From an uncultured Candidatus Saccharibacteria bacterium (GTDB lineage: Bacteria > Patescibacteriota > Minisyncoccia > Phycocordibacterales > UBA12088): 64,000 nt of DNA. The stretch is from NCBI GenBank assembly GCA_964567265.1, contig CAZMLK010000002.1:138813-202812 (forward strand). Direction: 5' to 3'. The notes under the pieces are model-generated. The model was not told the DNA's origin. It searched no databases and was given only the letters and a program-made list of their open reading frames with translations. The first letter of the stretch is position 1. Each line of letters begins with the position of its first letter. Shown here one piece after another: positions 9,505 to 17,295 of the stretch. The position numbers and the translations under genes are program-made.

Positions 9505-9561
9505 CTGGTAGGGTGAGGTCGTCACTCAATATAGGAGTATCAGCCGGAGTCTCGCATCGAC

Positions 9562-10320
9562 ATGTACTACACCGTCCAACAACTTGCTACGCTCGCGAAT
9601 ATCAGCGTGCGCACGCTCCATCACTACGATGCGATCGGGCTTTTGCGGCCCTCGCGCGAGGAGAAGAACGGCTACCGCCGCTATGGGGAGGCAGAACTCC
9701 TTCGGCTCCAGCAGATACTCTTCTTCCGAGAGCTCGATTTTCCGCTTCCGGAGATAAAAGTAATCCTTGCTTCACCCACCTTCGACATGCGGGCAGCGCT
9801 CCGGGACCAGCGGAATCTCATCGAGATCAAGAGGAAACGTCTCACCGACCTCATGCAGACGATCGACGAGACGATTACCAGACTCAATACCAACAGCAAT
9901 ATGGACGACAAGAAACTCTATGACGGGTTCGATACCGGGGAGCAGGATCAATATGCGGACGAGGTGAAAGCGCGCTGGGGCAACACCGAAGCATACAAGC
10001 AGTCCAAGGAACGGACCAAGAACTGGACCAAGGCCGACTACGATCGGCTGAAGCAGGATGCTGACACCTGGATGAAAGCATTCGTGCTTGAGGTGCCGAA
10101 AGGCGCGAAGAGCCCGGAGGTGCAGAAGATGATCGCCGAGCATTACAACGCGCTCCGCAAATTCTACGAGCCGAACCTCAAGATGTACCGCGGCCTCGCC
10201 GACATGTACGTCGATGATCCGCGTTTCAGTGCCTACTATGAGAAGTACATGCCCGGGCTCGCGCTCTTCATGCAGGAGGCGATGCATTTCTACGCGGATA
10301 CTGAGGAGGCGAAGCAATAA
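9562..10320 (+). CDS. MerR family transcriptional regulator with TipAS-like C-terminal domain
   Basis: 252 aa; N-terminal HTH YTVQQLATLANISVRTLHHYDAIGLL; C-terminal antibiotic-recognition-like helical domain of TipA/Mta/SkgA type. Confidence 0.85.
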   Translation: MYYTVQQLATLANISVRTLHHYDAIGLLRPSREEKNGYRRYGEAELLRLQQILFFRELDFPLPEIKVILASPTFDMRAALRDQRNLIEIKRKRLTDLMQTIDETITRLNTNSNMDDKKLYDGFDTGEQDQYADEVKARWGNTEAYKQSKERTKNWTKADYDRLKQDADTWMKAFVLEVPKGAKSPEVQKMIAEHYNALRKFYEPNLKMYRGLADMYVDDPRFSAYYEKYMPGLALFMQEAMHFYADTEEAKQ

Positions 10321-10382
10321 GCCGAAGACCCCGGCAAAACAAAAAGCCCTTCAGGGCTTTTTGTTTTGCCGGGGTCTTCGGC
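10321..10382. terminator. 62-bp perfect palindrome acting as bidirectional terminator
   Basis: 29-nt arm GCCGAAGACCCCGGCAAAACAAAAAGCCC, loop TTCA, exact reverse-complement arm; fills whole gap between two convergent genes. Confidence 0.7.
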
Positions 10383-10774
10383 TACCGATAGTACGCCGCC
10401 TTCTCGTCTTCCGGCTCTTCGAGCGAGTTGTAGTCGATCAGGATTTCCTCGTCAGCCGCGATGTCGCGTGCAGCGAAATAGAGGAAGTCCGTATGGATCG
10501 CATTCGGCTCTTTCGAATGGTTCAGATACCAGCCGATCTGCATCTTGCCGAAATCCATCGGGCAGTGGAGCTCATTACCTTCGATGATGCAGTGCTGGAT
10601 GAATGATTCCGGGATATCGCTCCGCTTCAAGATGCGTACTTCCTCGCCCGCGTCGGCATGATCGCCGAAGAGTCGGAGCGGAGCGCCCTTTGCGATTGCA
10701 TGGGTCGCGAAGACGCCGACGCCGTGAGCGCCGGGCCTGAGGACGAATGAGAATTCAGTGGTCGTTGTTTCCAT
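10382..10774 (-). CDS. SET domain-containing protein (putative protein lysine methyltransferase)
   Basis: 130 aa; GVGVFATHAIAKGAPL, NHSKEPN (NHSxxPN), ARDIAADEEILIDY, hallmark SET motifs. Confidence 0.75.
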   Translation of the reverse strand: METTTTEFSFVLRPGAHGVGVFATHAIAKGAPLRLFGDHADAGEEVRILKRSDIPESFIQHCIIEGNELHCPMDFGKMQIGWYLNHSKEPNAIHTDFLYFAARDIAADEEILIDYNSLEEPEDEKAAYYR

Positions 10775-10843
10775 GAGGTCAGTATATACAATCCCCCGCC
10801 GTTTTTGCTTCGCAAAAACGGCGGGGGATTGTATTTCCTCTAA

Positions 10844-11410
10844 CTATCGAATCCCGCTGTCACACGAGATATGCGCCTCGGTCGCTTGTCCTGCGGTGAC
10901 GGTTATCATCACATCCATGCAACTCGGAAGCACTTCAGCAGCTATGGGGTGGAGCGTGTATGCGCCTGGGGCGAGCGATACCATGAACCTGCCGGACTTG
11001 TCGCTTTTCACGGTCCCTGCGAGTACCATCGACTCCTGCCGATATATCTCAATTGTGGTGGAGTACGGCCGCGGCGCGCAGCCTGGCTCCGGCGGCACCC
11101 TCTCGACAGGGCATGTCGGCGAGACATCGACAAGACCGGTCACATCGCCCTTGGCGACGGTGCTGCCGATGCGGCCGGTAGTGCCTGCGGAGGTGCCAGG
11201 GCACTCAGCAAAGCTGCAGTTCGGGCCCGTGCGTCCAACGGAGCTTCCATCGGGGCATATCTTCGCATCAGCATCGCAGACCTGGCCGCCGATTACGTCC
11301 GGTCCGGGTGCCATCGCGTGACGGACGCTCGCACCATAGAGGGCGAAGATGCCGACACAGAAGAGAAGGAGTCCCGATACGATGATGCCGAATAAATGCT
11401 TGTGGTTCAT
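10844..11410 (-). CDS. Membrane-anchored secreted protein with 4-Cys module and Ig/carboxypeptidase-regulatory-like C-terminal domain
   Basis: 188 aa; N-terminal TM; C-x6-C-x12-C-x4-C motif VCDADAKICPDGSSVGRTGPNCSFAECPG; C-terminal KSDKSGRFMVSLAPGAYTL beta-sandwich-like pattern. Confidence 0.6.
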   Translation of the reverse strand: MNHKHLFGIIVSGLLLFCVGIFALYGASVRHAMAPGPDVIGGQVCDADAKICPDGSSVGRTGPNCSFAECPGTSAGTTGRIGSTVAKGDVTGLVDVSPTCPVERVPPEPGCAPRPYSTTIEIYRQESMVLAGTVKSDKSGRFMVSLAPGAYTLHPIAAEVLPSCMDVMITVTAGQATEAHISCDSGIR

Positions 11411-11682
11411 TGGATTTCGATTGATCCTTCAACGGCGGCGCCAGCTCCCGGACACTCAGCAAAGCTGCAGTTCGGGCCCGTGCGGCTTACATAACTTCCA
11501 TCCGGGCACTGCTTCGCGTCCTGTGTACAGATCTGACCGCCCGTGAATTCCTCGGGACCATTTCCTATCCCGCGATTTACCTTTGCCGCATAGAGCGCGA
11601 GGACGCCGACCCCGAAGAGAAGGAGGCCGACCACGATCATGATAAAGAGTGAATGAGGCTTCATGCGGGTCATACGATTCAA
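11407..11682 (-). CDS. Small membrane-anchored protein with the same 4-Cys module
   Basis: 91 aa; TM then ICTQDAKQCPDGSYVSRTGPNCSFAECPG; 32-nt DNA identity with downstream paralog; 4-nt overlap with next gene. Confidence 0.55.
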   Translation of the reverse strand: MNRMTRMKPHSLFIMIVVGLLLFGVGVLALYAAKVNRGIGNGPEEFTGGQICTQDAKQCPDGSYVSRTGPNCSFAECPGAGAAVEGSIEIQ

Positions 11683-11684
11683 GA

Positions 11685-12074
11685 TTACGAAATAAGGGTA
11701 CTAAAATATCCCTGCGAGAAATATGCACCTGCGAGGCCGACAATGACCGCGACGACGAAGTACGCGAAACTCTTGAGAGTCCGGACCGACGACAGCTGCC
11801 TGACGACCATGCCCCCCAAGGGAGCAAGGATGATGTACGGGGCCGCCATTGTCGCGAATCCGTATGCCGCCATCTGTCCGCCATTATAGCCTGAGAGCTT
11901 GATAATTTCCCCGGCCAGCTTCGATCCATACTCGAGGACCTCCTTCGGGCCGAAGAAGAGCATGAGACCGGCAACGAATCCGAACGCGATATTGATAATG
12001 ATGCTGAGCAGGTTAGTTTCATCCGGAGACGCGAACGCATTCGGCATCATGGGGTTCATCTGGAACGGGTCCAT
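11685..12074 (-). CDS. Hypothetical integral membrane protein
   Basis: 129 aa with four hydrophobic segments; tightly packed upstream of the two 4-Cys genes (probable operon). Confidence 0.5.
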   Translation of the reverse strand: MDPFQMNPMMPNAFASPDETNLLSIIINIAFGFVAGLMLFFGPKEVLEYGSKLAGEIIKLSGYNGGQMAAYGFATMAAPYIILAPLGGMVVRQLSSVRTLKSFAYFVVAVIVGLAGAYFSQGYFSTLIS

Positions 12075-12175
12075 ATAGGTAGAGTATATTGGCGAACCAC
12101 TGTTTCAGGAACAGGCGTTATGCACCGAGAGGGGGAGCATTGCATGCGCACCCGTTCGGCATATACTGTCGGCAT

Positions 12176-12526
12176 ATGGAAACAAACACACAGATGGTGC
12201 CGCACAACATGGTGACGACAGGCTTCGAGCTCCCGGAGCACAAGGTCATTAAGAACCTCGGGATGACGCGGGGGATTGTCGTCCGCTCGCGCTCGATCAT
12301 CGGCTCGATCGGTGCCGGCCTCCAGACCATCCTCGGCGGAGACATCACCCTCTTTACCAGTCTCTGCGAGAAGACGCGCGAGGATGCGTACAATCTCATG
12401 CTCCAGCATGCTGCTGCAATGGGCGCGAACGCGGTCATCGCGGCCCGCTATGACGCCACCGAGCTCGGCGGCGGCATCACCGAAGTCCTCGCGTACGGCA
12501 CGGCAGTTGTTGTGGAGTCGAAATAG
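12176..12526 (+). CDS. ybjQ: YbjQ/UPF0145 family protein
   Basis: Start at METNTQ; [13 protein letters not shown]...[22 protein letters not shown]...NAVIAARYD matches the UPF0145 pattern; TATACT ends 8 nt before ATG. Confidence 0.8.
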   Translation: METNTQMVPHNMVTTGFELPEHKVIKNLGMTRGIVVRSRSIIGSIGAGLQTILGGDITLFTSLCEKTREDAYNLMLQHAAAMGANAVIAARYDATELGGGITEVLAYGTAVVVESK

Positions 12527-12539
12527 TTTCCGTACGTTT

Positions 12540-12583
12540 GAAACGGCAGAAGCCCGCGCGTGAGCACGGGCTTCTGCCGTTTC
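12540..12583. terminator. Intrinsic terminator
   Basis: GAAACGGCAGAAGCCCG ... CGGGCTTCTGCCGTTTC 17-bp stem. Confidence 0.7.
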
Positions 12584-12645
12584 AACACATCCAAAATAGA
12601 AAGCCCCGGATGCGTGCGCATCCGGGGCCACTTCACGATCTCGAT

Positions 12646-13326
12646 TCAGCTTCCAGTGCGGACGGTTCTCCCGCCATCGATCACTTGAAGTTGAGTGGAA
12701 CTATTCGGCGCGAGTAGTTGGTTATAGAGACTCTCCAGAGCCGCAATCGCCTTCGGGTAGGTGGGATACTCGCTCCAGCTCTTCCCGTCCCAGATCCACC
12801 ACGTACGTCTTTCCGAAATGGTGCTCGAGTTAAGCGGGAGCACTTGCACCCGGATCAATTCCTGCGCCCTCTGAAGAGGATCGCCGTTGCTGTTTCCGGG
12901 GTCCGGCACCTTGTAGGTGAGGGAGATACGGAACTCTTCACCTTGGAGCCACTGCCTGGTACTGCTCCGGCGGTCGAGTAGTGCGACGGGGATGCCGACG
13001 CACTTCAAGTGGATTGATGTCGAATGGGGGAAGTTGGCCTCCCATCGTTTCTCGACTCCCCTGGAGAAATCGACCAAGGCTTCCTCAAGAAGTACCGCGG
13101 TCCGTTTCGCCGCATATGATCGTTTGAAATACCCGAAGGTGTTTCGGAACATCCGGGCCCACTTGGGGTACGTGGCACTAGCGAGCGACATGCCAGCCAA
13201 TGTCCAGGTGTGCCAAGTAAAGCCACCTGACCAGGTCCACTTGGCGGTAGAGGCGAAGAGAAACCCAAGCAGGATTGAACCCATGATGTAGGCATTCTGC
13301 TCAACCCAGTCACGCAGAGCGTCCAT
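12646..13326 (-). CDS. Hypothetical 2-TM membrane protein (paralog of 8733-9392)
   Basis: 226 aa; two N-terminal helices and shared sequence blocks with 8733-9392. Confidence 0.45.
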   Translation of the reverse strand: MDALRDWVEQNAYIMGSILLGFLFASTAKWTWSGGFTWHTWTLAGMSLASATYPKWARMFRNTFGYFKRSYAAKRTAVLLEEALVDFSRGVEKRWEANFPHSTSIHLKCVGIPVALLDRRSSTRQWLQGEEFRISLTYKVPDPGNSNGDPLQRAQELIRVQVLPLNSSTISERRTWWIWDGKSWSEYPTYPKAIAALESLYNQLLAPNSSTQLQVIDGGRTVRTGS

Positions 13327-13422
13327 TCACATTCCTCCAGTCGGGCCGACCTCACCACGAGGTGGCGTCTGAATCTGTCAGGATTTTGACATATTCCTAA
13401 GAAATGTCAAATAGTCGGAGCT

Positions 13423-13950
13423 TTACGGCACGTAGATTTCCTCGATCTTCGTCACGATGTTCCCTTGGACCGTGAGGTGGTAGGGAAGGGTGTTCCAGTG
13501 GAGGGACTTGTCGTCGATGAGCTTGGCGAATGCCGCAATGTCGATCTCGTGCGGAGCGACACCCTTGGTCTCCATGTCCAAGGTCTGCATGATGACTTTC
13601 GCAGACGGGCTGGTCTCATAGAGAAGCGGGGTCGAGGTCGACGGGTTGTCGATGAAGTAGTCATTCGGGAGGCATTCATCGCGTGTTTCCTCGGTACAGA
13701 CGCCGGCCCGGATCGCCGCATCCTCGCCCGCCTTGCCCGAAAGCCACTCGGCTTCATCAAACGCGATCCGGACATCCTTCGAGGTATCAACGTAGCGGAT
13801 GAATCCGAGCGTCGTGGTCGCGCTCTCAGTGTCCTCAGGAGTCGGCACCTCAGCCTGCTGCTTGAGAGTGTTCGCATACCAAAACCCAGCTCCAGCGATG
13901 CAGAGGATGAAAAGCGAAGCAGATAGAAAAAAGCGTTTAGACATGTACAA
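13423..13950 (-). CDS. Hypothetical signal-anchored secreted protein
   Basis: 175 aa; N-terminal hydrophobic helix FFLSASLFILCIAGAGFW; no recognised domain. Confidence 0.5.
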   Translation of the reverse strand: MYMSKRFFLSASLFILCIAGAGFWYANTLKQQAEVPTPEDTESATTTLGFIRYVDTSKDVRIAFDEAEWLSGKAGEDAAIRAGVCTEETRDECLPNDYFIDNPSTSTPLLYETSPSAKVIMQTLDMETKGVAPHEIDIAAFAKLIDDKSLHWNTLPYHLTVQGNIVTKIEEIYVP

Positions 13951-13985
13951 AGTCTAAACGCTTTTCCAAAGACTGGCTATAGATT

Positions 13986-14624
13986 CTAATCAAGCAATTT
14001 GAAGCTTTTCCAGATCCGATCAAGATCTGCCATCGGAATTCCGCGTGTCGTTATGCGGTAAAAATATCCTTTCCAAATGAAAAGTGTTGTGCGCTCCTCA
14101 TCTTGCTCAGCCACGGTATGTACGGGATCTTTGGACATGTCGAACTTCCTCGTCAACGCAGGAACGCCAGAAACGGTCGTCTGCCCGATAAGATAATTTT
14201 CTTCATTGCCAACCCAGTGGTGGTATTCATCCGACAGTGATCCAGTCGCTGCTTGGGAGTTTACGGTAAGGATCCTCTCCTTCCCGGTCATATCATTTGC
14301 AATGAGCGCATAGGATGTATATTGATTCGGGTCGCCTTCGCCTACTAACATGCCGGAGGGGCGAAATTCCATATCGGAAGGCGCGTCAACGGAAAAGTGA
14401 AGAAAGTCATTTTTGTAGCGAACCCATTCACTAGAGAGCTGGGTGGATGACCCAGTGAATGATGTCGGAAGTTCATCTGCGCGTAATGTCCGACTTCCTT
14501 GCATACTCACACTCTGTGGAGCCTTACCAGAGTTCATTTTTGCAGCGAAATAAATAATACCCCCTGCGATAACGAGGGCCCCGAGAAAAATAAATGTAGC
14601 GACGCTGAGGTTTGATTTTTTCAT
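13986..14624 (-). CDS. Hypothetical signal-anchored secreted protein (AT-rich gene)
   Basis: 212 aa; N-terminal TM VATFIFLGALVIAGGIIYF; visibly lower GC than flanking genes. Confidence 0.5.
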   Translation of the reverse strand: MKKSNLSVATFIFLGALVIAGGIIYFAAKMNSGKAPQSVSMQGSRTLRADELPTSFTGSSTQLSSEWVRYKNDFLHFSVDAPSDMEFRPSGMLVGEGDPNQYTSYALIANDMTGKERILTVNSQAATGSLSDEYHHWVGNEENYLIGQTTVSGVPALTRKFDMSKDPVHTVAEQDEERTTLFIWKGYFYRITTRGIPMADLDRIWKSFKLLD

Positions 14625-14692
14625 GTGGATGCAATGATAGCAATAAGAAATTTTGGATTTAAAAAAAGTAGTTGCCCTATCTTACATGGAAC

Positions 14693-15553
14693 TTAATGCA
14701 ATTCGACATGTCCAAATGGTGATTTTTCCACTCTAACGCAAGGCAATGTCTGGGCAATTTCGTTGATCGTTTCCAATTGCGCTTGGCTCTTGGATGGGGG
14801 CCATGCTCCCTCAATCGACAATGCCCATTCACCCACATCCTCCAAAACATAAGTGTAAGTCACTATTTTTGCACCTCGTTTCTCGTGGATGATGATGGTT
14901 TGCGTCGTAACCTCTTTGATGGAGTCAACCAACTGCTGAACGACCTCACTGCGTGCATCTGGTGGAATTTCAAAAATAATGCTTGGCGCGTCAGCAGTTG
15001 TTGCTCGGTCGTAGTAGGAAGTCACTACTGCAATATTCCTTGAGTCAATTTTCTTACTGGTGATTGATTTCCAGATTGCAATAATTATTCCGTCTCGCAC
15101 TATTTCCCACATTGCTGAATCTATATCAGCTTGAATGTGAGCAATGGCCCAGTCTTTTATAGGAATGAGTATTGTTATGGCGTGGGAAGCGAAGTCCACC
15201 AGACCTATCATTTCTGCGCTCACCCCTCCTCCATATCCATGGGTATGCCAATTTAGCTCGTATTGATACTTCCCATCTATGTGTTCTTTGGCATGCTCAA
15301 CAGCCGCATCATCCACAATTGTCACCTCCAACCCCGTTTGTTTTGAGGTCAATTCAGAGACTAAGGGTGTAAGTAGGGAGTTCTCGATTTTTATGCGAAG
15401 TTTCAAGTCCCCGTTGCCAATAATGTTCTGGGCCGATTCTCTTGCCGCCTCAAGTTCTGCGTAATATTTTTGTGAAAAATCAAACACTCTAGCAGATTTT
15501 CGCTGTTCTAGGATACGGAGTAAAAAATTTTCGAGTTGTTCAAAAATTCGCAT
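14693..15553 (-). CDS. Hypothetical cytoplasmic protein (AT-rich gene)
   Basis: 286 aa, no TM, no motif recognised; visibly lower GC and weak GC3 bias. Confidence 0.5.
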   Translation of the reverse strand: MRIFEQLENFLLRILEQRKSARVFDFSQKYYAELEAARESAQNIIGNGDLKLRIKIENSLLTPLVSELTSKQTGLEVTIVDDAAVEHAKEHIDGKYQYELNWHTHGYGGGVSAEMIGLVDFASHAITILIPIKDWAIAHIQADIDSAMWEIVRDGIIIAIWKSITSKKIDSRNIAVVTSYYDRATTADAPSIIFEIPPDARSEVVQQLVDSIKEVTTQTIIIHEKRGAKIVTYTYVLEDVGEWALSIEGAWPPSKSQAQLETINEIAQTLPCVRVEKSPFGHVELH

Positions 15554-15594
15554 ATATTCGTAAACAGGCCTCCTTGCGGAAGCCTGTTTCTTTT

Positions 15595-16746
15595 CTACTC
15601 TTCTTTTTTGTCAGCTTTGCCTTCGAGGATTTCAAACACTTTCTCGTTACGCATGATGGTTTCGACGTACATGCGGACCGAGTCGGGGTTTGCTTCCTTG
15701 TAGTGCTCGAGGACGTGGTTCACGTCGCGGGCGACCTTGTCCTCAGGGAGGAGGATGGTCTCCTTCTCGCTGATCGCGTTCAGGATGAGCTGGAGCTTGG
15801 CGCGCTTCTCGGCTTCTGGCTCCCATTCCTTGCGGATGTCCTCAGGCGATTTGCCGAGGTGCTGGAAGTAGGTTTCCGGCTCGACGCCCATGCGCTCGAT
15901 CTCGGAGCGGAACTCGCCCATCATCTTGTCGAGCTCTGAGTCCTTGAGGATCTTCGGGAGGGCGATCGTTGCTTTCTCGACGAGCGCTTCGACGATGGCG
16001 AGGCGACGCTTCTCCTTTTCCTTCATTTCTTTCTCGGATTTGATGTTCTCACCAATCTTGGTGCGGAACTCGGCGACGGTGCCGAATGAGCCGAGCTTCT
16101 GGACGAACGCGTCGTCGAGCGCAGGAAGGTCCTCGTCCTTGATGTCGCTGCCGTCGTGCGCGCCGTGTTCGCCGGCTTCGTGACCTTCTTCGTCCTCATG
16201 CGCGTGATGCTGCTCGTAGTGCGCCATGCGGCGGCGGATGGCGAGAATGGCCTCATCCACTTCTGCTTCGGTTGGGTCGGCGACCGTGCTCTCCATCTTC
16301 TTCACGATCTTCTCGGAGATTGCCTTGTAGTCGGGGAGCTCGAAGGTCGGGACGACCGCCGTTTTCGCGACGAAGGAGACGGGGTTGCCGCGCGCGAGCT
16401 TGGTGATCGAGATATGCGGCCGGCCGATCACATCGAGCTCGTTGTCGATGATGATCGCGGGATACACGTCGGCGAGCGCTCGCTCGGCCATTTCTTCCAT
16501 GATCGCCATCTCGCCCACCTGCTTCACGAGCACCTCCTCAGGAACATGTCCTTTGCGGAAGCCGTCGATCTCTACCCGCTCGCTGACATACTTCACGGCC
16601 GCCTTCCGGTAGCTGTTGATGACTTCGACCGGGATATCGCCGCGGATTTCAAGCTCTGACTGCTCGAGCTTGATGATCTCGAGGTTGGTATATGGCTGAT
16701 TTCCTGGCTTCTTTACTTCGTTTGTTTCCTCGTGTGAGTCTTGCAT
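15595..16746 (-). CDS. tig: Trigger factor lacking the FKBP/PPIase domain
   Basis: 383 aa; ribosome-binding signature GFRKGHVP; C-terminal TF arm region; PPIase position occupied by about 30 aa His/Glu-rich linker HYEQHHAHEDEEGHEAGEHGAHDG. Confidence 0.8.
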   Translation of the reverse strand: MQDSHEETNEVKKPGNQPYTNLEIIKLEQSELEIRGDIPVEVINSYRKAAVKYVSERVEIDGFRKGHVPEEVLVKQVGEMAIMEEMAERALADVYPAIIIDNELDVIGRPHISITKLARGNPVSFVAKTAVVPTFELPDYKAISEKIVKKMESTVADPTEAEVDEAILAIRRRMAHYEQHHAHEDEEGHEAGEHGAHDGSDIKDEDLPALDDAFVQKLGSFGTVAEFRTKIGENIKSEKEMKEKEKRRLAIVEALVEKATIALPKILKDSELDKMMGEFRSEIERMGVEPETYFQHLGKSPEDIRKEWEPEAEKRAKLQLILNAISEKETILLPEDKVARDVNHVLEHYKEANPDSVRMYVETIMRNEKVFEILEGKADKKEE

Positions 16747-16828
16747 AGGCCCGACTATAGCAGAAAAACCACGCGCCCGTCCATGTGTGGACGGGCGCGT
16801 GGTTTTCGTCTATTTCAGGTCGTGGACA

Positions 16829-17269
16829 CTAGTTCCCGGACGTAGTATTGACTCCCTGCATGTCGCCATCGAGCGATTCGACATTGGTTGCGTTCAAGTC
16901 TGCTTCGATCGATGAGGTCTCGTCTGACGAGCTCTGCGTTTGAAGGGCTTTCACTGCCGGATCCTCTGAAGCGCCATTGCTGGTGCTGGTCGGCGGCGTC
17001 TGCGCCTTCTGATCTGGGACCGCACTGTTCTGCTCGTCGGAGAGCATCTGCTGGTTGAGGCGCATGCCCCAATAGTAGAGGCCTCCGATCGCGACCAGTG
17101 CGACGATGATGATCGCGCCGATCATCTGGCCGACGCTCGAGGAACCTTTCGGTGCCTCTGGAGGGGCGGCAGGCGGGACCATCATGTTCGGCACGCTGGT
17201 CGCCGGGGCAGGGGTTGGCGCTGCGGGAGCCGGAGCTACTCCTGGGGCGGAAGGCGTTTGTTCGTCCAT
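16829..17269 (-). CDS. Hypothetical single-pass membrane protein, Pro/Ala-rich N-terminus
   Basis: 146 aa; central TM MIGAIIIVALVAIGGLYYW; low-complexity flanks. Confidence 0.45.
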   Translation of the reverse strand: MDEQTPSAPGVAPAPAAPTPAPATSVPNMMVPPAAPPEAPKGSSSVGQMIGAIIIVALVAIGGLYYWGMRLNQQMLSDEQNSAVPDQKAQTPPTSTSNGASEDPAVKALQTQSSSDETSSIEADLNATNVESLDGDMQGVNTTSGN

Positions 17270-17295
17270 AGCGGATGTTTTACGGATTTTTAATA

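Noticed and set aside
11201-11529. Near-identical DNA segments in tandem genes considered as a DGR template/variable repeat pair
   Set aside because: No reverse transcriptase is in the window, and the differences are not adenine-specific. The pattern is ordinary paralogy of the 4-Cys module.
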